DNA from: Candidatus Nanohaloarchaea archaeon
GTDB taxonomy: Archaea > Nanohalarchaeota > Nanosalinia > Nanosalinales > Nanosalinaceae
Direction of reading: 5' to 3'
Assembly: GCA_041640075.1 (NCBI GenBank)
Contig: JBEQAY010000010.1
Span: forward strand, 1 to 29,383
DNA length: 29,383 nucleotides
The first letter of the stretch is position 1; each line of letters opens with the position of its first letter. The notes beneath the pieces were generated by a model. The model was not told the DNA's origin. It worked only from the letters and a program-made list of their open reading frames with translations, and made no database searches. The position numbers were made by a program, and so were the translations under genes. This document shows, one piece after another, positions 1 through 8,864 of this stretch.

Positions 1-127
1 GTCCTTCGGCGTTTATGACGTTTTCCATGTTGTAACCCATGTCGAAGATGACGACTTCTCCGTCAACTTCAACTGCGGTCATGTTCATACCAACTTCTTC
101 ATATCCACCTAATGTGTAAACTTTCAT
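1..127 (-). CDS. rnj: RNase J family beta-CASP metallo-beta-lactamase ribonuclease, N-terminal fragment (runs off window)
   Basis: Manual translation gives MKVYTLGGYEEVGMNMTAVEVDGEVVIFDMG, matching the RNase J N-terminal pattern LGGxxEVGxNM...D(M/C)G. AGGTGA RBS lies at 137-142 on the minus strand. Confidence 0.85.
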   Translation of the reverse strand, partial: MKVYTLGGYEEVGMNMTAVEVDGEVVIFDMGYNMENVINAEG

Positions 128-241
128 GTTAGAAATTCACCTTGTTTTAAAGTCTTACAGTCAAAGATTCCGGGCCGACTCTTATAAATGGGTGTCTGCC
201 GTGATACAATTTTCTTAAGCTTTCACCTCTCACCGCTACAC

Positions 242-1540
242 ATGTATTCCCGGGAAATTCTCGACGAACTTGAAGAAAAAAATATTGAGACAGGCGACAG
301 GATCAAAGCATCAGGCAGAGAAGGTAAGCTCATGCCTAAACCGGAATCCGGCGACCCGGACACACTGATCCTCAAAGACGACTCGGGATACAACATCGGG
401 GTCGACCCGGAAGATATTGAACTTGTCCAGAAACAGGAATCAGGGGAAGAGGAAAAAGAAGAAGTCGAGCACTCCGAGGACAGGCCGGATATCATGGTGC
501 TTCACACTGGAGGAACCATCGCCTCACGTGTAAGTTATGAAAAGGGAGGAGTGGAACCAGCTTTCGACCCTGAGGACCTGGTCGAGATGTATCCGGAACT
601 CGCGGAAGAAGTGAATATCCACTCGGATGTTATCGCACAGATGCTCTCCGAGGACATGGAGCCGGAGCACTGGATCAAAGTTGCGGAGAAGATCGACGAG
701 GTTAAGGATGACTACGACGGTATAATCGTCGGCCACGGAACCGACACGATGAGTTACACCGGCGCCGCACTCAGTTTAATGCTTCAGGATCTTGATACCG
801 GAGTAATGCTTGTAGGATCCCAGAGATCCTCAGATAGACCTAGCAGCGATGCCGCGATGAACATATACTGCGCCTCAAAATTTTTGACAGAGACAGAATT
901 TAGTGGTATCGGCGTCTGCATGCATGAAAACACGAACGACGCCCGATGCAATATTTTACCGCCGCAGAAGGTTAGAAAGATGCATACATCGAGAAGAGAT
1001 GCATTCGATCCGATCAATACAGAGCCTCTAGGATATGTAGACTACGAAACGGGAGATATAGAGGAAAACTTCGAGAAATCTGCTGGAGAGTATGAAAAGA
1101 ATACTGAATTGAACAAAAATGTTGGCTGGCTTCGGATCAGGCCAGGTATGAGGCCTGAAGAGCTTGAATTTATTGAAGAACAGGATTACGATGGTGTGGT
1201 CATCGAGGGAACGGGTCTGGGACACATGCCCGTGAACGCTTTTGATGAAAACACTCAGCACCACACAGAGATACTTGAAGAGCTGGAAGAAATTGCTGAG
1301 GATACTGTAGTGGTAATGGCGTCTCAGTGTATCAATGGGAGGGTAGACATGGATGTCTACTCTGCAGGTCTCAAAATTCAGGAAGCAGGCGTTATCGGCG
1401 CAGAGGATATGCACCCGGAACTTGCCTATGTTAAACTGATGTGGAGCCTGGGTCAGACAGAAGATCTTGAGGAAGCTGAGGAGGTTTTCAAAGAAAACCG
1501 TAATGGGGAGATTCAGGAGAGGTCTCTTTACCGTGACTGA
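242..1540 (+). CDS. gatD: Glu-tRNA(Gln) amidotransferase subunit D
   Basis: N-terminal GatD domain (KDDSGYNIG), asparaginase motifs HTGGTIASRV and HGTDTM, GSQRSSDRPSSD and RKMHTSRRDAF. Start moved from 188 to ATG 242 because the upstream extension is non-acidic and looks intergenic. Confidence 0.95.
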   Translation: MYSREILDELEEKNIETGDRIKASGREGKLMPKPESGDPDTLILKDDSGYNIGVDPEDIELVQKQESGEEEKEEVEHSEDRPDIMVLHTGGTIASRVSYEKGGVEPAFDPEDLVEMYPELAEEVNIHSDVIAQMLSEDMEPEHWIKVAEKIDEVKDDYDGIIVGHGTDTMSYTGAALSLMLQDLDTGVMLVGSQRSSDRPSSDAAMNIYCASKFLTETEFSGIGVCMHENTNDARCNILPPQKVRKMHTSRRDAFDPINTEPLGYVDYETGDIEENFEKSAGEYEKNTELNKNVGWLRIRPGMRPEELEFIEEQDYDGVVIEGTGLGHMPVNAFDENTQHHTEILEELEEIAEDTVVVMASQCINGRVDMDVYSAGLKIQEAGVIGAEDMHPELAYVKLMWSLGQTEDLEEAEEVFKENRNGEIQERSLYRD

Positions 1541-2072
1541 GATTTACGGTGTTACAGGGATGCCTCTGTCCGGGAAAACAACTGTAGCCAATATGATGAA
1601 GGATAAAGGATTTTCTGTCCTTGATATGGGTGATGTGGTCCGTATAGAGATGGAGAAAAGGGATATAGAGACTGAGGATACTGGTGACTGGGTTAACGCT
1701 ATGAGAGACGAGCATGGTATGGATGCGATCGCACAGCTTTCGATACCGTATTTCGAGGAGCTGGTGGATGAGAAAGATAAAATCGTGATAACCGGTATGC
1801 GGAGCTGGGATGAGAAGCAGAGATTTGAAAAAGAAATGGATGAAGAAATTGAAGTACTGGCCGTATGGACATCCCGTGAAACCAGGAAACAGAGGAGAGA
1901 AGAGAGGGCACGTGAAGAAGATCTCAAAGGCGACGAATTCCATGAAAGAGATCTTAGAGAGATCGAAAACGGCGTAGGAAAACTCATGGCTTTGAGCGAC
2001 GACATGATCAGGAACGAAGATGTCACGGAAAAACAGCTAGAACAGAAGGTGGAAAAATTAATTGAATCTTGA
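1533..2072 (+). CDS. P-loop nucleotide kinase, UPF0200/dephospho-CoA kinase-like
   Basis: GVTGMPLSGKTT Walker A, MGDVVR and RDLREIENG motifs typical of the archaeal UPF0200 family. Probable GTG start at 1533 overlaps the gatD end. Confidence 0.8.
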   Translation: MTEIYGVTGMPLSGKTTVANMMKDKGFSVLDMGDVVRIEMEKRDIETEDTGDWVNAMRDEHGMDAIAQLSIPYFEELVDEKDKIVITGMRSWDEKQRFEKEMDEEIEVLAVWTSRETRKQRREERAREEDLKGDEFHERDLREIENGVGKLMALSDDMIRNEDVTEKQLEQKVEKLIES

Positions 2073-2292
2073 AGAAACAAGCATCAAAAAAACGTATACT
2101 TTTGAAAACAGCGAGAGAGCACGGGAAGTGATAAAAACAGTTTCAGGAAAACTGGATTACCGGTACCAGGAGATGAACTCCATCGCAGCAGCATACGACG
2201 GCCCAAAAGAAGCTATAATCAGGAACGAGGAAAAGCTTGAGGCTTACAGGGAAAAAGCACAGGAAAAAATAGAGGAAATCAAACAGGACTGA
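2062..2292 (+). CDS. Small hypothetical protein (76 aa)
   Basis: Fills the gap between the kinase and gatE, with a TTG start overlapping the upstream stop, a purine-rich RBS upstream and Glu/Lys-rich composition. Confidence 0.6.
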   Translation: MNLEETSIKKTYTFENSERAREVIKTVSGKLDYRYQEMNSIAAAYDGPKEAIIRNEEKLEAYREKAQEKIEEIKQD

Positions 2293-2299
2293 TCAAAAA

Positions 2300-4147
2300 A
2301 TGGATTACGAAGAACTAGGATTCAAATGCGGTATAGAGATTCATCAACAGCTTAAAACAGATACTAAACTTTTCTGCAGATGTCCAATAGATCTGGAGGA
2401 CGAGAACCCGGACGCAAAAGTTCAGAGACGTCTCAGATCTGTTGCAGGAGAGACAGGAGAGCAGGATGAGGCAGCAGAGGTAGAATCCGCCAGGAAAAGA
2501 AAGTTTGTATACCATTACCACGAGAGGAACAACTGTCTCGTCGAACTTGACGAGGAACCACCTCACAGGATGAGTAGGGACGCACTTGATACAGCTCTAA
2601 CTTTCTCAAGGATGGTCGACGCAAATATCCCGAGAGAAATCCAGATAATGCGTAAAATGGTTGTCGACGGGTCCAACACCTCAGGATTCCAGAGAACATC
2701 CATGGTGGGGCTTGATGGAGAACTTGAGACAGAAACAGGAAAAGTTTCCATTGAAGACATCGAACTGGAAGAGGAATCCGCAGGAATAAACGAGAGAACA
2801 GAGGAGAAAGCAGTCTACGATCTCTCCAGGCTCGGAGTACCGCTCATCGAGGTTGGAACAGACGCCTCAATTGAAAACCCGGAGCATGCAAGAGAAGTAG
2901 CTGAAAAAATCGGCATGCTGCTCCGCTCCACAGGAAAAGCCCGCAGAGGAATCGGAACCATCAGACAGGACGTCAACGTCTCTATCGACGGTGGCGCACG
3001 GGTCGAGATCAAGGGCTTCCAGGACGTCAGAAACATCGATACGCTGATTGAAAACGAGGTCCAGAGGCAGAAAAACCTGATAGAACTTGGAGAAGAACTT
3101 TCCGATCCTGAAGTCGTTGCTGACAACGTGACACATATTTTCGAAGATTCTGAGAACCAGATAATCTCGACAGTGCTTGAAAACGATGGAGCGGTCTACG
3201 CCTTCAAACTACCAGAATTAGACGGCAGGATGAAGGAGAAGATCTCCGGAGAAAGATACCTGGCGCTTGAACTTGTCGATTACGCCAAGTCACGTGGAAT
3301 CCAGGGAATAATCCATACAGACGAAGAGAAAAACTATAATATAGATGAAGAGTTCGGGGAGCTGGAGGAAATATTCAAAGTCGACGAGGAGGATGCTGTA
3401 GCGATCCTTGCAGGACCGAAAGACAACGCCCGGGAGGCTGCAAAGGCAGTGAAGAAAAGGGCACAGCAGATTTACGAGGGAGAGGTCCCTGAAGAAACAA
3501 GGAACGCTGAGCAGGACTTTACCACGAGTTATTCTCGCCCGCTTCCGGGAGCCGCACGCATGTATCCGGAGACGGATATTCCTCCGATAAAAATTTCAGA
3601 TGAAAAAATCGAGGAGATTGATGAAAACTTGCCGGAGACGCTTGAAGAGCGGGAGGAAAAGTATGCTGAGGAGATCGGAGAGGAACTGGCAACACAGATC
3701 GTTGGATCTCATCACCTAGAAAAGTTTGAGGATTTCAAGCAGAAAGTCGACTCCAAGCTCGCAGCGAACGTCTTCACAAACATTCTCTCCCGGCTTGAGT
3801 CAGAGGGTGTGGAAGTTGAGAACCTGGCCCGCAGGCATTTCGAGGTGCTTTTCGAATCACTAAGTTCTGGAGATCTTGAGAAAGGAGATATTGAAGAGGT
3901 CCTGAAGGAGATGGCGGATAACCCTGAAAATCCCGAGGAAGCTGTTGAAGAGGTTCTTGAAGGAAAATCTTCCGAGGAGGAGATCCGTGAAGCTGTTCAG
4001 GAAGTTCTTGATCAGAATGAGGAGATGATTGAGGAGCAGGGTGAGCATGCTCAGGGTGCTTTGATGGGACAGGTTATGGGCCGTGTAGAGGCCGATGGTG
4101 GAACTGTCTCAAGAATTCTCAGTGAGGAGCTTCAAGACAGGCTGTAA
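2300..4147 (+). CDS. gatE: Glu-tRNA(Gln) amidotransferase subunit E
   Basis: GFKCGIEIHQQL, KLFCRCP, MRKMVVDGSNTSGFQRT, RRGIGTIRQDVNVSI, RPLPGAARMYPETD and a C-terminal YqeY-like domain (GALMGQVM). Confidence 0.97.
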   Translation: MDYEELGFKCGIEIHQQLKTDTKLFCRCPIDLEDENPDAKVQRRLRSVAGETGEQDEAAEVESARKRKFVYHYHERNNCLVELDEEPPHRMSRDALDTALTFSRMVDANIPREIQIMRKMVVDGSNTSGFQRTSMVGLDGELETETGKVSIEDIELEEESAGINERTEEKAVYDLSRLGVPLIEVGTDASIENPEHAREVAEKIGMLLRSTGKARRGIGTIRQDVNVSIDGGARVEIKGFQDVRNIDTLIENEVQRQKNLIELGEELSDPEVVADNVTHIFEDSENQIISTVLENDGAVYAFKLPELDGRMKEKISGERYLALELVDYAKSRGIQGIIHTDEEKNYNIDEEFGELEEIFKVDEEDAVAILAGPKDNAREAAKAVKKRAQQIYEGEVPEETRNAEQDFTTSYSRPLPGAARMYPETDIPPIKISDEKIEEIDENLPETLEEREEKYAEEIGEELATQIVGSHHLEKFEDFKQKVDSKLAANVFTNILSRLESEGVEVENLARRHFEVLFESLSSGDLEKGDIEEVLKEMADNPENPEEAVEEVLEGKSSEEEIREAVQEVLDQNEEMIEEQGEHAQGALMGQVMGRVEADGGTVSRILSEELQDRL

Positions 4148-4231
4148 GCTCTACTCTCTGGTTTCTGAAATTCAAATCAGTCATCTTTTAATATTTTTAC
4201 TTACGTCTATAAAACAGGTGACAAATTTTCT

Positions 4232-5902
4232 ATGCCAGGACTAGGAGGACAACCAATTTTCGTAATGTCGGAAGACGCAGAACGTAAAACCGGAGAAGAT
4301 GCGCAGCAAAACAATATTGAAGCATGTAAGACAGTTGCAAGTGCTGTCAGAACCACACTTGGACCAAAAGGAATGGACAAGATGATGGTCGACAGCGTAG
4401 GAGATATTGTCGTGACTAACGACGGTGTAACAATACTTGAAGAGATGGACCTTGATCATCCGGCCGCCCAGATGATGGTAGAGGTCGCACAGACCCAGGA
4501 AGAGGAAGTCGGTGATGGAACAACTACAGCAGTCGTCCTGGCAGGGGAACTACTGAAGAATGCAGAAGACCTGCTTGATCAGGATATCCATCCAACTGTA
4601 ATCACGAAAGGTTACAGGCTTTCACGTGAAAAATGTACAGATGTTCTTGAACAGATCTCACTTGACGCAGATCTTGATGATGAGGATACACTCCGCAAGG
4701 TAGCGATGACGGCTATGACAGGAAAGTCTGCAGAGACTGCAAGAGAATATTTGGCAGAGATAGCAGTTGACGCAGTCCAGGCAGTCGCAGACGAATCTTC
4801 AGATCAGATCTTCGTCAACCAGGACAACATCAAGGTAGAAAAGAAGAAAGGAGGCTCTGTCGAAGACACAGATCTTGTACAGGGAGTTATCCTGGACAAG
4901 GAGAAAGTTCATTCAGGAATGCCTTCAGAAGTTGAAGATGCGAAGATTGCATTGATCGACTCTCCTATCGAGGTGAAGGAAACATCTACAGACGCCGAGA
5001 TTAACATCTCTGATCCAAGCCAGATGCAGAACTTCGTTGAACAGGAGGAGAAACAGCTGAAGGAGATGGTCGACGCCATTGACGAGGCAGGAGCAAACGT
5101 AGTGCTCTGTCAGAAAGGAATCGACGACATCGCACAGCACTACCTCGCGAAGAAAGGAATCTTCGCCATCAGAAGGGTTTCCTCAGGAGATCTCGACAAG
5201 CTCTCCAATGCAACCGGTGCAAACATCGTAACAAGTATCGAGGAAATTGAAAGTGCTGATCTAGGGAACGCAGGTTCAGTGGAGCACAAGTACGTCGGCG
5301 GCGATGCAATGACATTTGTACAGGACTGTCCTGAAGCCAAGTCCGTTTCAATCCTCATCAGAGGAGGAACTGACCACGTAGTTGACGAGATTGAAAGAGC
5401 AATGGAAGATGCCATCGGTGCAGTTACTTCGGCCGTCAAGCACGGTAAAGTAGTCGGCGGAGGAGGAGCAACAGAAGTAGAGCTTGCTCAGGAACTCCGT
5501 GACTACGCAGACTCTGTGGGAGGCCGAGAACAGCTTGCAATCAATGCCTTTGCAGATGCTCTAGAAGTTATTCCACGTACACTTGCAGAGAATGCAGGCT
5601 TTGATCCAATTGACTCTCTAGTAGAGCTTAGAAACAAGCACGACGCCGGCGAAGAGATGGCGGGTCTGAATGTCAGCTCTGGAGAGTCCGAGGAGCTGTA
5701 CGAGCAGGGAGTTGTCGAGCCGAGGCAGACCAAGACTCAGGCAGTACAGTCTGCTTCAGAGTCCGCTGAGATGATCCTCCGTATCGACGATGTCATCGCA
5801 GCTTCAGGATTTGATGCAACCGGTGGAGACTCCGGAGGCGGACCACCTGAAGGCGGTCCTGGCGGCGGCATGCCAGGCGGTGGAATGGGAGGCCTAATGT
5901 AA
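4232..5902 (+). CDS. ths: Thermosome subunit (group II chaperonin)
   Basis: [34 protein letters not shown] and a Gly/Met-rich tail. AGGTGA RBS at 4216-4221. Confidence 0.98.
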   Translation: MPGLGGQPIFVMSEDAERKTGEDAQQNNIEACKTVASAVRTTLGPKGMDKMMVDSVGDIVVTNDGVTILEEMDLDHPAAQMMVEVAQTQEEEVGDGTTTAVVLAGELLKNAEDLLDQDIHPTVITKGYRLSREKCTDVLEQISLDADLDDEDTLRKVAMTAMTGKSAETAREYLAEIAVDAVQAVADESSDQIFVNQDNIKVEKKKGGSVEDTDLVQGVILDKEKVHSGMPSEVEDAKIALIDSPIEVKETSTDAEINISDPSQMQNFVEQEEKQLKEMVDAIDEAGANVVLCQKGIDDIAQHYLAKKGIFAIRRVSSGDLDKLSNATGANIVTSIEEIESADLGNAGSVEHKYVGGDAMTFVQDCPEAKSVSILIRGGTDHVVDEIERAMEDAIGAVTSAVKHGKVVGGGGATEVELAQELRDYADSVGGREQLAINAFADALEVIPRTLAENAGFDPIDSLVELRNKHDAGEEMAGLNVSSGESEELYEQGVVEPRQTKTQAVQSASESAEMILRIDDVIAASGFDATGGDSGGGPPEGGPGGGMPGGGMGGLM

Positions 5903-5918
5903 TCTGTCCTCTCAAAAA

Positions 5919-5953
5919 TTTCCTTATCTTACTATTTTTCTCCAGTTTTCTTT
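5919..5953 (+). terminator. Oligo-T rich putative archaeal terminator after the thermosome gene
   Basis: Pyrimidine/T tracts (tatttttc, gttttcttt) directly after the stop codon. Confidence 0.45.
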
Positions 5954-5962
5954 ACCCACAGA

Positions 5963-5970
5963 TTATAAAT
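5963..5970 (+). promoter_or_regulatory. Putative TATA box for the pilus locus
   Basis: TTATAAAT about 50 nt upstream of ATG 6016, with a GAGGT RBS at 6000-6004. Confidence 0.45.
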
Positions 5971-6015
5971 ACGCGCTAGCCGAATGTTCTGGTGTAAAAG
6001 AGGTTTTCGTGAGCT

Positions 6016-6684
6016 ATGGCTAAAGATGAAGTGCAACTGGGCAATATGGATGACGACGATTATGAAGTAATCCCGATGGGACCAATCAGAAAGCTTGAGA
6101 GAAGGGTTGAGAACCTTCAGGAACAGCAGGAGCAGACTGAACAGTCCGGAGGAGGAACAGGAAACGAGGAACTTGTCCGGGATATCATGGACATCATGAA
6201 GTCCAACCAGAAGATTGTCAACGACATGACAGAGTCAACTCACGAACTAAGAAACTCTGTAGAGGACCTCACAAACAAGATGGACTCCGTAATTGACAAC
6301 ATGAATGATTTCATGGACCTGCTGAATCAGGCCTCTGAAATGGACATGGAAGGAGAGGTCGCAGGTAATATCGAGACCCGAGTGGCGAATGCTATCGGAG
6401 ATAAGATGGATGAGATGGTTCAAGAGGTCAAAGGATCCAACGAGAAGATTGCAGATAACTTGGAAGACCTGAACTCCCAGATGAGGAAAAATTACTACGC
6501 GAACCAGCAGGGAGGAGTGGCTACTGACAGAGGCAACCAGCAGGGCTCAGGCCAGCCTCAACAACAGTCCAGGAATAGAAGTCAGAGACAGGGAAATAAC
6601 AGTGGAGGCGGCATAGGTTCTGATAATTCCAATAGGATGGAAAACTTGAAGAAAAGATTTAATTCTATGGATGATAATGAGTAG
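6016..6684 (+). CDS. Hypothetical coiled-coil protein, first gene of the pilus locus
   Basis: Heptad-like Met/Leu/Asn-rich helices, a Q/G/N-rich disordered tail and no transmembrane segment. The stop overlaps the next pilin gene. Confidence 0.8.
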   Translation: MAKDEVQLGNMDDDDYEVIPMGPIRKLERRVENLQEQQEQTEQSGGGTGNEELVRDIMDIMKSNQKIVNDMTESTHELRNSVEDLTNKMDSVIDNMNDFMDLLNQASEMDMEGEVAGNIETRVANAIGDKMDEMVQEVKGSNEKIADNLEDLNSQMRKNYYANQQGGVATDRGNQQGSGQPQQQSRNRSQRQGNNSGGGIGSDNSNRMENLKKRFNSMDDNE

Positions 6685-7168
6685 GAAGGGAGTCACTCCT
6701 GTCTTAGCCACTTCTCTGCTTATTCTTATTGCTATTTCTGCTGTTTCCACTGCTGCAGTATTTCTTAGAGATACGACAGATGATATCACCGGGGGAGTTG
6801 AGGATCAGCTTTCGGAGCAGGAGAGGATTGATGGAACATCAATTAGCATAGAACGAGGTTACAACAACTCTGATAGTGATATATCTCTCATGGTGAGAAA
6901 TACCGGTAGATATCTGGTAGCTGTAGAGGATTCTGAGATGGATCCTGGAGATAACAGGACCTGGACTTTATACGTTGATGGGAGACCTCAAGAATTTGAT
7001 TATGAGTCAGGCAACCCGGATATCCGGCTTGATTCTGGTGAAACAATCACAATAGATACGAATACTGACTATCCTTCTCCGGGAGATTACAAGAGGCTTG
7101 AGGTTCAGGGCCGTTATGAGACAGAGACTGGTATAATCTGCAGTAATTCTGGAGGGCAGAACTGCTGA
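6677..7168 (+). CDS. Archaeal type IV pilin (class III signal peptide)
   Basis: MSRKG|VTPVLATSLLILIAISAV, Ig-like VRNTG motif and a C-terminal Cys pair. Confidence 0.88.
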   Translation: MSRKGVTPVLATSLLILIAISAVSTAAVFLRDTTDDITGGVEDQLSEQERIDGTSISIERGYNNSDSDISLMVRNTGRYLVAVEDSEMDPGDNRTWTLYVDGRPQEFDYESGNPDIRLDSGETITIDTNTDYPSPGDYKRLEVQGRYETETGIICSNSGGQNC

Positions 7169-7182
7169 AAATCAGTCCAACT

Positions 7183-7190
7183 TATTTAAA
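7183..7190 (+). promoter_or_regulatory. Putative TATA box for pilin 7222
   Basis: TATTTAAA 32-39 nt upstream of ATG 7222. Confidence 0.45.
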
Positions 7191-7221
7191 CCACCACAGA
7201 TAATTTCTGGATAGGATAATC

Positions 7222-7722
7222 ATGAAACTAGATCGATACCGAAAGGGTATAACACCGGTAATTGCAATTGTTCTCTTACTAATGGTTACAGTTGGAGCTG
7301 TAGGAGTTGTTTACACTCAGTTCCAGAGTCTGGTTGGTGATCCAACGGAAGATATAGATCAGCAGCAGAGAAATCAGGATACTGATATCTCCATTTTGAG
7401 AGGTAAGTCCAACGATACAACGGATTACCAGAGCGGTCAGATAGTACTGGAGATTCAGAACACAGGGTCGGTCACCAGAAATACCACGTCATTTAGGATG
7501 ACCACTGAGGCTGCAGATAATGTTCCGGGTGAAAACGGAGATCTGTGTACTTCAGCAGAGAATTCAAGTCTAGTGGATCCAGGAGATACTCTGGACTGCC
7601 ACACAGGTATTGATTTCCCACAGGCAACCAACGAAGTTGTGTTCAATCTGGATTTGCAGGGATCTGACAAGGCTTGGGATTATATCTGTAGACCTGAGAC
7701 TACAGATACAGCCTATTGCTAA
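7222..7722 (+). CDS. Archaeal type IV pilin, candidate major pilin
   Basis: RYRKG|ITPVIAIVLLLMVTVGAVG, IQNTG motif, four Cys and several N-x-S/T sequons. Confidence 0.9.
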   Translation: MKLDRYRKGITPVIAIVLLLMVTVGAVGVVYTQFQSLVGDPTEDIDQQQRNQDTDISILRGKSNDTTDYQSGQIVLEIQNTGSVTRNTTSFRMTTEAADNVPGENGDLCTSAENSSLVDPGDTLDCHTGIDFPQATNEVVFNLDLQGSDKAWDYICRPETTDTAYC

Positions 7723-7726
7723 CCTC

Positions 7727-7746
7727 ATATTTTTTTCCATTTTTCT
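7727..7746 (+). terminator. Oligo-T putative terminator after pilin 7222
   Basis: A T7 run followed by a T5 run immediately after the stop codon. Confidence 0.5.
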
Positions 7747-7784
7747 GAAATGGCTTTATATTTGACTGTATCTATATTTCTCTC

Positions 7785-8453
7785 ATGTCCTCTCGGAGTA
7801 AAGGTCAGATAGGTGCGGTCACTGTTGTTCTTTTGACAGGTCTTGTTGTAGGTGGAGCCTCCGTTGTGTATGTTTGGGGAGAGCCTTTACTTGATAAGAG
7901 AGAGTCAGGAAATCAACTGGATAGTGTGGAGAGGCTGGTTCTGGATATCCGGGATGAGATTCAGCGAGTTGATCGTGCAGGCCAAGGAGCTACTGCGGAA
8001 ATTCCATTGCAGATTGACTCAGAGGATTACAATGTAAATCTTGCTAGGTTGAATGCTTCAAATGATTATGTTGAGATAGTTGTTGAGGGCGGCGAATTCC
8101 CTTACCCTGAGGACAGCTGGACACTTCTTGATGGTGAGAACATGAGGAATCTCTCCATCTCTGGAGGGGACTATGTACTGAAGGGAGAAGACAAAGGAGG
8201 TGTGGTCTTGGTAAGGACAAGTTCACAGATTGCCACTTACAGGATAGAGTTCAGGAATCTTTATTCTGCAAACCAGGATGTGCCGCTTGAAAAGATTGAT
8301 CTGATAGAGAGTGGTAGCACTGTGACAGGTGCAGGAAGTGTATATCTGAACAATCAGGGAAATGTTGTAAACAGCGGAAGCAATGGCTTGACGGTCTCTT
8401 CAGGGCAGACTCTTGACAGGGAGCTTACGGAGATTCAAGTCGAGATGAGGTGA
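7785..8453 (+). CDS. Pilin-like protein (KGQ-type class III signal peptide)
   Basis: MSSRSKG|QIGAVTVVLLTGLVVGGASVVYVWG followed by a long helix and a beta-rich domain. TTTATA at 7755-7760 upstream. Confidence 0.82.
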   Translation: MSSRSKGQIGAVTVVLLTGLVVGGASVVYVWGEPLLDKRESGNQLDSVERLVLDIRDEIQRVDRAGQGATAEIPLQIDSEDYNVNLARLNASNDYVEIVVEGGEFPYPEDSWTLLDGENMRNLSISGGDYVLKGEDKGGVVLVRTSSQIATYRIEFRNLYSANQDVPLEKIDLIESGSTVTGAGSVYLNNQGNVVNSGSNGLTVSSGQTLDRELTEIQVEMR

Positions 8454-8459
8454 ATTTTT

Positions 8460-8864
8460 ATTTTCAGGAAAGGGCAATATATGGCGGTTGAAGCAGTTCT
8501 GTCGCTGGGTTTAAGTCTTATCGTTGCAGTTGCTGCTATAGGAGTTTTCAATACCTATAGAGATAGCATGATGGATGCTATAGCGGACAGAAACGTTGAA
8601 ATAGCCAGTTCGGAGATAATTACATCCATATATAATCTGGGAACAATGGATGATGGTAGTTCCATATTGGTTGAGTTACCTGAAACAGGTAACAGAGAGT
8701 ATACTGTCTCTTTCGGCGATGAGTCCTTGAAGATAGATTCTAGTGGGTCCTCTTATTCTTATCCTGTCGGTGGTGTATGGGCTTCCGATTTAAGTGGTTC
8801 GGCGGAGGGAACAAGTTTTCAACTTGTAAGAGTAAATGATGTTGTGGAGGTGAGATCAAGCTAG
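8460..8864 (+). CDS. Pilin-like protein; true start uncertain (in-frame RKG|Q lies upstream of ATG 8481)
   Basis: In-frame I-F-R-K-G-Q-Y-M-A-V-E-A-V-L-S-L-G-L followed by a hydrophobic helix and ELPE motif. Confidence 0.75.
   Translation: MFRKGQYMAVEAVLSLGLSLIVAVAAIGVFNTYRDSMMDAIADRNVEIASSEIITSIYNLGTMDDGSSILVELPETGNREYTVSFGDESLKIDSSGSSYSYPVGGVWASDLSGSAEGTSFQLVRVNDVVEVRSS

Noticed and set aside
188..241. N-terminal extension of gatD from the ORF track (likewise 1467-1532 and 10513-10563 for their genes)
   Set aside because: The extensions are non-acidic or overlap neighbouring genes, and family-like sequence begins at the downstream starts.
1488..2080. Long antisense ORFs here and throughout (e.g. 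12972-13394, 13497-13964, 20439-20846, 26287-26718)
   Set aside because: They are Ser/Phe/Leu-rich shadows of Glu-rich sense genes, lack motifs and fully overlap confident CDSs.
5820..5902. Gly/Met/Pro repeat at the end of the thermosome gene
   Set aside because: This is the ordinary GGM-type chaperonin tail.
5956..7201. CCACAGAT upstream of both ORF 6016 (5956) and pilin 7222 (7194)
   Set aside because: Only 8 nt and two copies, on opposite sides of the putative TATA boxes, so it is compatible with chance.
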